DNA of 64,000 nt, taken from an uncultured delta proteobacterium (lineage in GTDB: Bacteria > Desulfobacterota > WTBG01 > CAIYCZ01 > CAIRTM01). Every line of letters starts with the position of its first letter. Position 1 is the first letter of the stretch. The notes under the pieces were generated by a model. That model had not been told where the DNA came from. It ran no database searches and saw nothing but the letters and a program-made list of their open reading frames with translations. The DNA lies in contig CAWDSQ010000005.1 in assembly GCA_963804955.1 (NCBI GenBank), forward strand, positions 128,001 to 192,000. The letters run 5' to 3'. Positions 21,221 to 33,242 of this stretch are shown in pieces. The position numbers and the translations under genes are program-made.

Positions 21221-24200
21221 GTGTCCAGTCAGTCCGGATGCGGTTGCTGCCCACAGCCCGCTCTACCTATGTCTGATCAGAATCTGAATTGCGTTGGAAC
21301 TGCCAGTTCAGCTGTAATAAAAGACGATGGACCCAAAGTCGGGTCCGTGCTTGTTGTCGGCGGCGGCGTCGGCGGCATTCAGGCAGCCCTTGACCTTGCC
21401 GAGTCAGGCTACTTTGTCTATCTGGCCGAAGAGACCCCTGCCATCGGCGGGGTCATGGCGCGCCTTGATAAGACCTTCCCCACCAATGACTGCTCCATGT
21501 GCATTCTGTCTCCCAAGCTCGTGGAGTGCGGCAGGCATTTAAATATCAAAATCATACCCTACTCTGAAATTCAGAGCGTTGACGGCAGGCCCGGCAATTT
21601 TTCAGTAAAGATAAAACGGCATGCAAGCTTTGTCGATTCTGTAAAATGCACGGGCTGCAGCGAGTGCGCCCAGGCCTGCCCGGTTGAGGTTCCCAATGAG
21701 TTTGAAGAAGGCCTCACCAACAGAAAAGCCATTTACCGGCCCTACCCCCAGGCAGTGCCCGAATGTTTTCACCATTGATAAAATAGCAAAAGCGCCCTGC
21801 CGCGACGGCTGCCCCGCAGGCATCAATGTGCAGGGCTATGTCGCCCTGATAGGGCGGGAAAAATACCGGGAAGCACTCGATCTTATACGGGAAAACCTGC
21901 CCCTTCCCGGCGTGATCGGCAGAGTATGCCCGCACCCCTGCGAAACCGTCTGCAACCGCACAAAAATTGATGAGCCCCTTTCCATCTGCAGCCTGAAGCG
22001 CTATGCCGCAGACCAGGCAGGCTCTGAATTTGTAGCGCCCGCGATTGAAAAGCGGGAAGAGAAAGTCGCGATTATCGGCTCGGGCCCGGCTGGACTTACC
22101 TGCGCATACTTTCTTGCCCTCAAGGGCTTTAGCGTCACCATATTTGAAGCCCTTCCTGTTGCCGGCGGCATGCTGCGCGTGGGCATTCCCGACTACCGCC
22201 TGCCTCCGCCCGTCATCGAGTCTGAAATCGATATCATTAAAAAACTTGGCGTTGAGATAAAGACGAATACTCCGGTAAGCAAAGGCTCAATCGATACTCT
22301 TTTATCCGATGGCTATAAAGCCGTTTTCATAGCGGCAGGCAGTCACCGGAGCATGCCTCTTGACATACCGGGCGAGGATGCGAAGGGCGTTATTCCCGGC
22401 GTTGAATTTTTGCGCACGGTGAGCCTGGGCAAAAAAGTTGCAGTCGGCAAAAAGGTCGCCATTATCGGCGGCGGCGATGTGGCCATTGATGCTGCGCGCA
22501 CATCACTGCGCATGGGCGCCGAACAGGTTTCAATCATCTACCGCCGCTCCCGCAGGGAAATGCCCGCAAGCGCCGATGAGATTGAAAGCGCCCTGTATGA
22601 AGGCATAGCCATTGAATATCTGGCAGCCCCGGTGCGGGTTGTGGCTGAAAACAATACGGTGAAGGGGCTTGCCTGCGTGCGCATGAAGCTCGGGAGCCCC
22701 GACATGAGCGGCCGCAGAAGGCCCGTGCCGATCGAAGGCTCGGAATTTATCCTTGATGTCGACACGATCATCCCTGCCATCGGGCAGTTAAGCGATCTTT
22801 CATTCCTGTCTGATGCCGAAGAGGTGAAATGCTCCAAGCATGACCGCATCATTGCAGATTCGGTAACCCTTGCAACAAGCCGGACAGGCGTATTTGCCGG
22901 CGGCGACTGCGTGTCCGGGCCCTGGATCGCGATCGAGGCGGTTGCGGCAGGCAAGCGCGCAGCCATATCAATTGAGCGGTTTTTAAACGGGCAGGATCTC
23001 AAGGCAGGCCGTGAAAAACCTCCGGCGGTGAAGCCGTCTCCCGAGCTTGAAGACCGGTTTATGCACAAGCCCAAGGCTCCGCGCCAGAAAATGGCGCATA
23101 TTCCCAACGACAAAAGGAAGGGCAATTTCAGCGAGGTGGAGCTTGGCTTCACGCGTGAAGAAGCTCTCAAAGAAGCAGAGCGCTGCCTGAACTGCGGCAT
23201 TTGTTCAGAGTGCATGCAGTGCGTGGCAGCCTGCAAGGCAGGCGCCATAGACCACAGCTGTACCGAAAAGATAGATGAGATCAATGTGGGCTCGGTCATA
23301 CTCAGCCCGGGCTTTGATGAATTCAGGACCGATGCCGAGTATCTGAGCCAGAGCGGCTACACAAGCCTTATCTCGCAGTACGGCTACAGCAAATACCCCA
23401 ATGTCCTCACCAGCATCGAGTTTGAGCGAATACTGTCAGCCTCCGGCCCGTATGAGGGGCATCTCTTGCGGCCTTCAGACAAAAAGCCGCCTAAAAAAAT
23501 CGCCTGGATACAGTGCATCGGCTCCCGCGACGAAGCCTGCGACAGCGGCTACTGCTCATCGGTGTGCTGCATGTATGCCATCAAAGAGGCGGTCATTGCA
23601 AAAGAGCACAGCCCGACCCCACTGGACGTGACCATTTTCTACATGGACATGCGCACCTACGGCAAGGACTTTGACAAGTATTATGAGCGCGCCCGGGATG
23701 AGCACGGCATACATTTTGTACGCTCCAAGGTCTACGGTATCAGCGAGCCGAACGGCAATGGCAACCTTGCAGTCCGGTATGCCGAAGAAGGCGGCGCTGT
23801 GCGCACGGATGAATTCGACATGGTCACCCTGTCGGTTGGCTTGAAGCCGCGCAAAACCGCTGTTGAGCTTGCCGGCCGGCTCGGCATTGATCTTAATCAC
23901 TATAATTTCTGCAAGACCGACGGCTTTACGCCCGTCAACACATCACGCGATGGCATTTATGTATGCGGCGCTTTTCAGGGGCCAAAAGACATTCCTGAAA
24001 CCGTCATGCAGGCAAGCGGCGCAGCCGCGGCATCGGCAGCCCTTCTGTCTGAAGCCCGGGGAACCCTTGTGCAGAAAAAAGCCTTCCCCCCGGAAAAGAT
24101 CATCACCGGCGATCCGCCCCGGATCGGGGTTTTTGTCTGCCACTGCGGCATCAATATCGGCGGGGTGGTGAATGTGGCCGAGGTGAAGAAGTACGCGGCA

Positions 24201-25793
24201 ACGCTTCCCAATGTCGCGTATGTTGAAGAAAACATGTACACCTGCTCGCAGGACACGCAGGAAGCCATCAAGGAAAAAATCGAAAAGCACCGCCTGAACC
24301 GCGTGGTGGTTGCCTCATGCTCGCCGCGCACCCATGAGCCGCTTTTTCAGGAAACCATTCAGGAGCAGGGCCTTAATAAATATCTTTTTGAAATGGCCAA
24401 TATCCGCGACCAATGCAGCTGGGTGCATCAGAAAGAGCCTGCAAATGCAACGCAGAAGGCAAAGGATCTCGTGCGCATGGCTGTCGCCAAGACGCGCCTT
24501 GCCCAGCCCCTGCAGCAGATATCGCTGAAAACCACGCCCGTAGCCCTTGTCATGGGCGGCGGCATCTCGGGCATGGTGAGCGCTCTGAACCTGGCTGATC
24601 AGGGCTTTGAGGTACATCTTGTGGAAAAGGGCATGACCCTTGGCGGCATGGCGAAAAAAATCCACTTCACCCTTGAAGGCGGCGATGTGCAGGCATATCT
24701 CAAGGAACTGATCGAGAAGGTGACGCATCACCCGAAGATTCAGGTTTACCTGCGCGCCGCTATTGCCGAAACCTCGGGCTATATAGGAAACTTTGTCACC
24801 AAAATAAGCTTCGGGACAAAAAAGGAAGTGAAAGAGGTGAAGCACGGCGCAGTGGTTATAGCAACCGGCGCAGACGAGGCAAAGACCGCCGACTTTCTGT
24901 ATAAAAAGCACCGCGGCGTGGTGTCGCTTCTTGAGCTTGAAAGTGAAATTGCAAAGCAGAGTAAAAAGGTCAAGGACTGCCAGACCCTGGTCATGATTCA
25001 GTGCGCCGGATCCCGCGACAAGGACAGGCCCTATTGCAGCCGTGTCTGCTGCAGCGATGCTGTGAAGAATGCCCTGCTCCTTAAAGAGCTGAACCCGCAG
25101 ATGCAGATCTATGTCCTGTACCGCGACATGCGGACCTATGGCCTCAAAGAGGATTTCTACCGCAAGGCCCGGCAGAAGGGCGTGCTTTTTATTCATTATG
25201 AAGCCGATACAAAGCCCGAGATCGTGCCGGTCAAGGACGGGGCAAAGGAAGTGCTGCGGGTGACGGTTCAGGAACCCCTGCTCGGGGAGAAAATCGTCAT
25301 TGATGCTGATCTTGTGTCTCTTGCCCTTGGCGCCGAAGCGCCTGCTTTCAATAAAGAGCTGTCGCAGTATTTCAAGGTGCCTTTGAATCAGGACGGCTTT
25401 TTCCTTGAAGCCCATATGAAGCTGCGGCCTGTCGAGTTTGCGACCGACGGCGTTTTTATGTGCGGCCTTGCCCACAGCCCCAAATTCATCGAGGAAAGCA
25501 TTGCACAGGCCCAGGCAGCTGCCTCGCGCGCAGGGGCCGTGCTTTCGCGGGAAATTGTCGAGCTGCCGGGCACCATCTCATTTGTCAACCCGAGCAGGTG
25601 CGCGGGCTGCGGCGTCTGCGTAAGCGTATGCCCGTTTAACGCAATTGCCATGGACACGGAAAAGAATATCGCACAGATTAACGACGCCCTGTGCAAGGGC
25701 TGCGGCGCATGCACAAGCTCCTGCAAGTCCGGGGCGATAAATCTGTACGGATTTACCAATACGCAGATTATGACCGTGCTGGATGCGCTGTAA
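21221..25793 (+). CDS. hdrL: HdrL-type protein: HdrA with inserted GltD/NfnB-like NAD(P)H module, Cys form (frameshift near 21760)
   Basis: GGAGG RBS and GTG start; VGGGVGG, LDKTFPTNDCSMCIL; CPAG..VQGY/GRVCPHPCE, IGGGDVA..YRRS; CIGSRD..YCSSVCC; duplicated HdrA core; C-terminal ferredoxin. Confidence 0.88.
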
Positions 25794-25920
25794 GTAATTT
25801 TAAGAACGCAGTGACAGGTTTCAAACCTGTCATACAGCAAAAGGATTCCGGGCGAGCCGGAATGACAGTGTGTTTGATTGCGCCCCCCTTGTTTGTGCGG
25901 GGCGCTACTGAGGAACTGCA

Positions 25921-26361
25921 ATGGAAGAAAATAAAGATACGCAGTGGCAGCCAAAGATCGTCACATTCCTGTGCAACTGGTGCAGCTATGCAGGGGCTGA
26001 CCTTGCCGGCGTCTCCCGGCTGCAGTATCCGCCCAATACGCGCACCATCCGGGTTCCCTGCTCAGGCCGGGTAAATCCGCTGTTTATTCTGCGGGCTCTG
26101 GAGAACGGCGCCGACGGCGTGCTCGTGTCGGGCTGCCATCCCGGCGACTGCCATTACCTCAGCGGCAATTATGTAGCGCGCAGAAAGTTCGCCATTTTCA
26201 GCAGCCTGCTGGAGTATCTCGGTATTGAGAAAGGCCGGGTGCAGTATACCTGGGTGTCGGCTGCCGAGGCAGGCAGGTTTGCCGATATGATCACTCAGGT
26301 GACCGAAGATGTGCGCAAGCTCGGGCCTGCAAAAAAACTGGTTAAGCAGAAGGTTGAATAG
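25921..26361 (+). CDS. flxD: MvhD/FlxD [2Fe-2S] subunit, Cys form
   Basis: FLCNWCSYAGADLAG, CSGRV, GCHPGDCHY. Confidence 0.9.
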   Translation: MEENKDTQWQPKIVTFLCNWCSYAGADLAGVSRLQYPPNTRTIRVPCSGRVNPLFILRALENGADGVLVSGCHPGDCHYLSGNYVARRKFAIFSSLLEYLGIEKGRVQYTWVSAAEAGRFADMITQVTEDVRKLGPAKKLVKQKVE

Positions 26362-27315
26362 ATGGAACACCTGACAACCCAGATACGGGAAGTTGCAAAG
26401 AAGCTTTTTGAAGAGAACAAGGTTGACCTGATCATCGGTTTTGAGCAGGGCAGCCTGCCCCTGCGGGCAACCCCCTGCTTCATTCGCAGTGCTGAGGATA
26501 CCAAGAGACTTGTCTGGAACAGCGGCTGCGGCAATAATCTGGCAGCCTATGTGCCTGACTACAGCACGGAAAGAATCGGCATTATCGTCAAGGGCTGCGA
26601 CAGCCGCTCTGTGGTCGGGCTCATCAAAGAGCAGCAGATCGAGCGCGACCGGATCGTCATTATCGGCGTTGCCTGCACAGGCATGATCGATTGCAAACTG
26701 GTTGAAGAAAAGCTTGCAGGCCGGGAAGCTCTATCTGCTGAAGACGGCGCCGAGGATATTACCTTTAAGGGCCGCGGCTTTGAAGAGAAGGTGAAGAAGA
26801 GCGATCTTCTTGATGAAAGCTGCAGATTCTGCAAGCACCGGAACCCCGCTGTCTGCGATATCATGATCGGTGCTTCGGTTGAGGAAAACAAAGAAGGCGA
26901 TGAGTTTTTAACCGTCACAGAGTTTGAAGCAAAAAGCGCTGAAGAGCGCTGGGAGTATTTTAGCCAGCAGAGCCAGAAATGCATCAGGTGCTATGCCTGC
27001 CGCAATGCCTGCCCCTTGTGCTATTGCAAGGAATGCTGCGTGGACAGCTCGCAGCCCCAGTGGTTCGGGAAATCAACAGCCCTGTCCGACACGCAGGTAT
27101 TTCATATTATGCGCACTTTTCATACCGCGGGCCGCTGCGTTGACTGCGGCGCCTGCATGCGGGCATGCCCCATGGATGTTGACCTGCGGTTTTTAAACAA
27201 AAAGATCGATAAAGAGGTGCGCGAACTGTTTTCCTTTGAGGCCGGCATGAGCCTTGATGATGCTCCGCCGCTCAATACGTTTAAGGCCGATGATCCGCAG
27301 GAGTTTATAAAATAA
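26362..27315 (+). CDS. flxC: FlxC-like 4Fe-4S protein
   Basis: KGCDSRS, CIRCYACRNACPLCYC, GRCVDCGACMRACP; position after flxD. Confidence 0.8.
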   Translation: MEHLTTQIREVAKKLFEENKVDLIIGFEQGSLPLRATPCFIRSAEDTKRLVWNSGCGNNLAAYVPDYSTERIGIIVKGCDSRSVVGLIKEQQIERDRIVIIGVACTGMIDCKLVEEKLAGREALSAEDGAEDITFKGRGFEEKVKKSDLLDESCRFCKHRNPAVCDIMIGASVEENKEGDEFLTVTEFEAKSAEERWEYFSQQSQKCIRCYACRNACPLCYCKECCVDSSQPQWFGKSTALSDTQVFHIMRTFHTAGRCVDCGACMRACPMDVDLRFLNKKIDKEVRELFSFEAGMSLDDAPPLNTFKADDPQEFIK

Positions 27316-27372
27316 AATTCTATTGGCATTGGCTGGTTGGATGCCAAACAAACGGTGCACAAAAGATATGAA

Positions 27373-27467
27373 TCGTCACCCCGGCGCAAGCCGGGGTCCA
27401 GAGTAGGGGCACGATGCATCGTGCCCCTACATGAGAATCCTGGATACCGGCTTTCGCCGGTATGACA
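27373..27467. repeat. composite REP-like repeat
   Basis: GTCACCCCGGCGCAAGCCGGGGTCCAG, GTAGGGGCACGATGCATCGTGCCCCTAC, CTGGATACCGGCTTTCGCCGGTATGAC. Confidence 0.75.
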
Positions 27468-27494
27468 AAAATGAGAGCGGAACTAATAAGCGCA

Positions 27495-28508
27495 ATGGAA
27501 ATAAAGATACTCGACAAAAAAGATCTGCCCGCATTCGTAAGCGAACTGGCCTCCGGCTTTCAGGTGTTTGCTCCTGTCAGAAAAAAGGAAGGCGTCGTGT
27601 TTGCGGCTGTGGCATCAAGTGATGACATATGCTTTGATGCCGCCAATACCAAAAAAAGCGTCAAGGAGCATTTTCTCCCTCAGCGCGAGCAGCTTTTTGC
27701 CTACAAAGAAGAAGAGATACGCGAGCCGTCTTTTCCCGATACGCACATGGTGGTCCTGGGCGTCAGGCCCTGTGATGCCCGAAGCCTTGCGATTCTCGAT
27801 AATGTATTCAACAGCAAAGACTACCCGGATCCCTATTATCTGAACAAGCGGGGCAACACCGTGGTTATCGCCATGGGCTGCACAGCACCTGAAAGCACCT
27901 GCTTTTGCACCTCCATCGGCGGCGACCCGTTTGCAACAGATGGCGCTGATGTGCTTATGATTGATACCGGAGAGGCATATGTGCTGCAGCCGGTGACTGA
28001 AAAGGGCAACGGCTTTCTTGCCGCCAGGAAAGCACTAACCCCCCCCGCTGACAGCCACGCGCAGGCACAAAAGAAAACTATGGAAGGCGGCCGCGCAGCT
28101 CTGAAACCACAGGTTCAGCCTGCGGAAGTAAAAAAGAAGCTGGATGAAAATTTTGAAAGCCCGATATGGGCGACTTTGCATGAAAAGTGCCTCGGCTGCG
28201 GCATATGCACATTTCTGTGCCCGACCTGTCACTGCTTTGATATGCTTGACGAGTCCATCGGCACGGCAGGCGAGCGCATCCGCATCTGGGATTCCTGCAT
28301 GTTTCCCCTGTTTACCCTCCACGCCTCAGGGTCAAACCCGAGGCCCGGCGCCAAGGAGCGGGTGCGGCAGCGGGTCATGCATAAGTTTAAATATTTTGTC
28401 GACAATTTCGGCACGGCAGCCTGCACGGGCTGCGGCAGATGCATCAAGTGCTGCCCGGTCAATCTTGATATCCGGCAGGTGCTCAATCAGATACAGGATC
28501 AAAAATAG
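27495..28508 (+). CDS. flxB: FlxB (AsrA-like) 4Fe-4S protein
   Basis: GVRPCD, CFCTS, CLGCGICTFLCPTCHCF, WDSC, CTGCGRCIKCCP. Confidence 0.85.
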   Translation: MEIKILDKKDLPAFVSELASGFQVFAPVRKKEGVVFAAVASSDDICFDAANTKKSVKEHFLPQREQLFAYKEEEIREPSFPDTHMVVLGVRPCDARSLAILDNVFNSKDYPDPYYLNKRGNTVVIAMGCTAPESTCFCTSIGGDPFATDGADVLMIDTGEAYVLQPVTEKGNGFLAARKALTPPADSHAQAQKKTMEGGRAALKPQVQPAEVKKKLDENFESPIWATLHEKCLGCGICTFLCPTCHCFDMLDESIGTAGERIRIWDSCMFPLFTLHASGSNPRPGAKERVRQRVMHKFKYFVDNFGTAACTGCGRCIKCCPVNLDIRQVLNQIQDQK

Positions 28509-28514
28509 ACAGCT

Positions 28515-29354
28515 ATGAAGAATCCCTACATACCCGAGCAGGCGCGCATCGAGCGTATCGTCATTGAAACCGATGACAGAAACATCAAGTCCTTTGACCT
28601 TGCCCTGATTGATACGGACAGGGCCAAAAGCTTTCAGTTCGTGCCGGGCCAGTTTGCCGAGCTTTCCCTGACCGGAAAAGGCGAAGCGCCCTTCGGCATT
28701 GCCTCATCCCCGAGCGAGCAGGGCATGCTCAAATTCAGCATCAACAAGGCGGGCCTGTTCACTACGGCCCTGCACAATTTGGAAGAAGGGGCGCTTGTGG
28801 GCATTCGCGCCCCCCTGGGCAATTATTATCCGGTCAAAGAGCTTGAAGGCAAAAATGTGGTGATCGTAAGCGGCGGCTTTGCCTTTACAACGCTCCGGTC
28901 GCTGATCATCTATCTGCTGCAGGAGGATATCCGGCCGAAGTATAAGGATATTACCGTCATTTATGGCGCGCGGCGGCCGGGCATGCTTCTGTACCGCGAT
29001 GAGCTTGAGGCCTGGGCCAAACGCTCAGATATTAACCTGCATATCACCGTTGATGCCCCGGCTGAGGGGTGGAGCGGTCTGGTTGGGTTTGTGCCCGCCA
29101 TCACCAAAGAGGTGGCGCCGTCTGCAGACAATGCCGCTGCGCTGGTGTGCGGCCCGCCTGTCATGATAAAATATACGATTCCTGTTTTAAAGGAGCTGGG
29201 ATTTTCACCCGAGCAGATCATACTCTCGCTTGAAATGCGCATGAAATGCGGCATCGGCATGTGCGGCCGCTGCAATATCGGCGGCAAATACGTGTGCAAG
29301 GACGGCCCGGTCTTTACGCTGGCGCAGTTAAACCAGATGCCTGATGAATACTAG
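28515..29354 (+). CDS. flxA: FlxA FAD/NAD(P)-binding [2Fe-2S] oxidoreductase
   Basis: PGQF, CGPPVM, LEMRMKCGIGMCGRC...CKDGPVF. Confidence 0.88.
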   Translation: MKNPYIPEQARIERIVIETDDRNIKSFDLALIDTDRAKSFQFVPGQFAELSLTGKGEAPFGIASSPSEQGMLKFSINKAGLFTTALHNLEEGALVGIRAPLGNYYPVKELEGKNVVIVSGGFAFTTLRSLIIYLLQEDIRPKYKDITVIYGARRPGMLLYRDELEAWAKRSDINLHITVDAPAEGWSGLVGFVPAITKEVAPSADNAAALVCGPPVMIKYTIPVLKELGFSPEQIILSLEMRMKCGIGMCGRCNIGGKYVCKDGPVFTLAQLNQMPDEY

Positions 29355-29376
29355 AAAATTATTGGAATTTGGATTT

Positions 29377-29561
29377 TAGAGCATTTTTCAAAATAGTATA
29401 GCCATATACGCACAGGTCGAGCTTTTGGTGAGTGCAGCCCGTGCGGTTCGAGCGATTGGCTTTGCATCATTAGCTGGCTTCACTTTGCGAGAATTTAGCA
29501 CGGGCAAACGAATCAAAAGTTCACCTGTGCGCACGGCTACAACAAAAAGAAAAATGCTCTA
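29377..29561. mobile_element. MITE, copy 2, inserted between flxA and hdrC
   Basis: Same terminal inverted repeats and closely similar interior to 16186-16371; TA at both ends. Confidence 0.85.
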
Positions 29562-29609
29562 GATTTTGGACTTATAAATCCAAAATATCTCAACACGGAG
29601 GTAAAAGTT

Positions 29610-30080
29610 TTGGAAGCAATTGAAATAAACAAACTGAATCCTGACTTCAAGCATGAGGTTTCAGAGCATCCCGGCGGCGACGGCATCAAGGCGTGCTTTG
29701 CCTGCGGCGCCTGCACCGGCGGCTGCCCGGCATCGGAGGCTGACCCTGCCTATGATCCGCGCAAGATCATCCGGATGATACTGCTCGGGATGAAAGAAAA
29801 AGTGCTTTCCTCAGACCTCATCTGGCTGTGCAGCACGTGCTACTCCTGCTCCTTTCATTGCCCGCAGAATGTGCAGTTCGTGAAGGTCATGGGCGTGCTG
29901 CGCGACATGGCGGTGAAGGAAGGCTATGCGCTGCCCGGCTTTCTTAAAACCATGGAGTCCATCGACAAATTTTCGCAGACCGTGCGGCACAATATGGTCA
30001 TGTCGATTGTTGATAAAAAGAAAGAGGATTTCAGCATTAACACCAAAGACCTTTTGAAACAGGTCGCAGACAGACTGTAA
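29610..30080 (+). CDS. hdrC: heterodisulfide reductase subunit C-like
   Basis: GGAGG RBS and TTG start; CFACGACTGGCP, PRKIIRM, IWLCSTCYSCSFHCP. Confidence 0.88.
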   Translation: MEAIEINKLNPDFKHEVSEHPGGDGIKACFACGACTGGCPASEADPAYDPRKIIRMILLGMKEKVLSSDLIWLCSTCYSCSFHCPQNVQFVKVMGVLRDMAVKEGYALPGFLKTMESIDKFSQTVRHNMVMSIVDKKKEDFSINTKDLLKQVADRL

Positions 30081-30089
30081 GGAACAGCT

Positions 30090-33000
30090 ATGAGCGTACA
30101 GGCAAAAAACACAGGTGCAGTTATGGTGGTCGGGGGCGGCATTGCCGGCATTCAGGCATCCCTTGATCTGGCAGAGCTTGGCTATTTTGTCTATCTGGTG
30201 GAGCAGTCCTCGGCCATCGGAGGCACCATGGCCCAGCTGGACAAGACATTTCCAACGCTTGACTGCGCAATGTGAATTTTGTCTCCCAAACTCGTTGAGT
30301 CTGGAAGACATGCAAATATAAAGATCATATCCAATGCCCAGGTTGCGTCCATCGCGGGCGAGCCCGGAGCATTCAGGGTCAGTGTGCTCAAAAAGCCGCG
30401 GTACGTGGACGAGGAGAAGTGCACGGCCTGCGGCACCTGCACGTCATACTGCCCGGTTGAAATTCCCGATGAGTATAATGAGCGCCTGAGCAAAACCAAG
30501 GCACTCTATATTGCCTATCCGCAGGCAGTGCCTGCCTCATTTACCATCGACCCGAAGCACTGCCTTTTTCTGGTGAAAAAGGAATGCCGGCAGTGCGAGC
30601 AGGCCTGCAAGGACATTAAGGCAATCCAGCTCAACCAGAAGGACGAGACCATAGAGCTTGACGTTGGCGCACTGATTCTTGCGCCCGGCTTTGACGAGTT
30701 TGAAGCCCGAAAAAAGCAGGATTACGGCTATGGCGAGTTTGCCAATGTCGTCACGAGCATTGAGTTTGAAAGAATTCAGTCAGCCTCCGGCCCGTTTCAG
30801 GGCCATGTTGTGCGGCCCTCGGACAGCAAGCCCCCAAAAAAAATAGCCTTTCTCCAGTGCGTGGGCAGCCGCGACATGGCCACCAACAGCTACTGCTCCT
30901 CGGTCTGCTGCACCTATGCGATCAAGGAGGCGATCATTGCAAAAGAGCATGACCCTGACCTTGATGTCGCCATTTTCTATATGGACATACGAACGCAGGG
31001 CAAGGGCTTTGAAAGCTTTTTTGAACGGGCTAAAAATCAGTTCGGCATCCGATTCGTGCGCAGCAAACTGGCTGAGCTTGAAAAGGTTCCGGACACGGAA
31101 GATATGCTGCTGAAGTTTGTGACCGAAGAGGGCAGACATGAGCAGGAAGCCTTTGACCTTGTGGTGCTGTCGGTGGGACTTGAGCCCTCGCGCTCGTCAA
31201 AGGACCTTGCGGCCAGGCTCGGCATAAAGCTCAATAAAGAGGGCTTTTGCAGCACCGGGGAATTTTCTTCGACCAGCACAAGCCGCGAAGGCATTTTTGT
31301 GGCAGGCGCATTCCAGGCGCCCAAGGACATTCCCGAAAGCGTCATTCAGGCAAGCGGCTCGGTGGCCCTTGCGTCATGCCTTCTGTCTGATGTCCGGGGC
31401 ACCATGGTGACAAAGCAGGAGTATGTTGCCGAGACTGATGTGTCTGCGGAAAAGCCCCGCATCGGCGTTTTCGTCTGCCACTGCGGCATCAACATTGCCG
31501 GCGTTGCCGATGTTGCTGCAGTCAAGCAGTATGCCGCAGGCGCTTCCCGATGTCGTGTACGCGGAGAATTCCCTGTATGCCTGCTCGCGTGACTGCCAGG
31601 AAAAAATAAAGCAGGTTATTAAAGAGCAGAACCTGAACCGCGTGGTGGTGGCGGCCTGCACGCCGCGCACGCATGAGCCCCTGTTTCAGGAAACATTGCG
31701 CGAGGCGGGCTTGAACCGCTGCCTGTTTGAAATGGCCAATATCCGCGACCACTGCACCTGGGTGCATGCCCATGAGCCGCAGGCTGCAACGCAGAAGGCA
31801 AAAGACCTCGTGCGCATGGGCGTTGCCAAGGCGCGGCTCCTGTCGGCAATGAAGGAAGAGACCATCGGCGTAGACCCGAAGGGTCTGGTGATCGGCGGCG
31901 GGCTTTCCGGCATGACAGCGGCCCTTGCCCTTGCAGACCAGGGCTTTGATTGTTACCTGGTTGAAAAGGAGCAGGAGCTTGGCGGCCATTTACGGGGTCT
32001 GTTCTCGACGCTGCATAAAAACGATCCCCAGAAGCTTCTGCACGAGACCGCTGAAAAAGTAAAAAATCATCCGCGCATAACCCTTTTTACCGGCACTGAA
32101 ATAAGCAAAATCAAAGGCTATATCGGCAACTTTACCACAACGATCGGATCAAATGGCACAGCGCGCGAGCTTGCCCACGGCATAATTGTCGTGGCAACCG
32201 GCGCCGATGAATATCAGCCCGATGAATATCTCTACGGCCGGCATGACGGCGTTGTCACGCAGAAGCAGCTTGGCGCAAAACTTGCCGCCGAATCCTATGC
32301 GCTCTCCGATATCAAAGACGTGGTCATGATACAGTGCGTCGGCTCCCGCACGAAGCAGCACCCCTACTGCAGCAAGCTGTGCTGCAACACGGCAATAAAA
32401 AATGCCCTGAAGATAAAGGAGCTGAACCCGTCGGCCAATGTGTATATCCTCTATAAAGACATTCGCTCCTACGGGTTCAATGAAGAATTTTACACCGAGG
32501 CCCGCAGAAAAGGCGTCATGTTCATACGCTATGATGATGCGGCTAAGCCGGTTGTGCAGGAAGAGGACGGCAGCCTTACCGTATCGGTTCTTGACCCACT
32601 GCTGGGTGAGCAGATTATGCTGCGGCCGTCGCTTGTGGCTCTTGCCGCAGCGGTTGTGCCCGCGGCAATGACAAGATATCAAAGCTTTTGAAGGTGCCGC
32701 TCAATGCCGAAGGCTTTTTTCAGGAAGCCCATGTGAAGCTGCGGCCCGTTGACTTTGCAACCGACGGCGTATTTGTCTGCGGGCTTGCCCATTCGCCGAA
32801 ATCAATGGATGAGGCTATCTCGCAGGCCCAGGCAGCGGCCGCTCGCGCAGCTATTCCGCTTGCTCGCGGCTATGTGCGGGTTGAGCCTGTTGTCAGCTCC
32901 GTGAATGAGGATGCGTGTTTCGGCTGCGGCATCTGCGAATACCTGTGCCCGTACGGCTCGATCACGGTACAGGCGACCGAAAGCGGCGACAAGGCCCGAA

Positions 33001-33125
33001 CGATTTCCGCCTCCTGCAAAGGCTGCGGCGTCTGCGCTTCAAAATGCCCGCGCAAGGCTATCAGCATGGGCAGGTTCACCGATGAGCAGATTCTTTCGCA
33101 GATCAGCGCGCTGGTGGAGAAATAA
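30090..33125 (+). CDS. hdrA: selenocysteine-containing HdrA (UGA 30273-30275; frameshifts near 31540 and 32670)
   Basis: [23 protein letters not shown] continues in frame and aligns with NDCSMCILSPK of hdrL; duplicated HdrA cores plus C-terminal ferredoxin. Confidence 0.9.
30280..30310 (+). promoter_or_regulatory. bacterial SECIS-like hairpin
   Basis: TGTCTCCCAAACTC-GTT-GAGTCTGGAAGACA, 12 of 14 pairs; G-first loop 18 nt after the UGA. Confidence 0.75.
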
Positions 33126-33131
33126 ATTCTA

Positions 33132-33190
33132 GTAGGGGCGCACCTGTGTGTGCGCCCTGGTTATGGGCAGACACACAGGTCTGCCCCTAC
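33132..33190. repeat. GTAG-type REP doublet
   Basis: GTAGGGGCGCACCTGTGTGTGCGCCC...GGGCAGACACACAGGTCTGCCCCTAC; related half copy near 13020-13045. Confidence 0.75.
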
Positions 33191-33242
33191 CGGAACCCCG
33201 GTTTCAACTGGATGATTTATTAATTAGATACAGGGTCACAAC

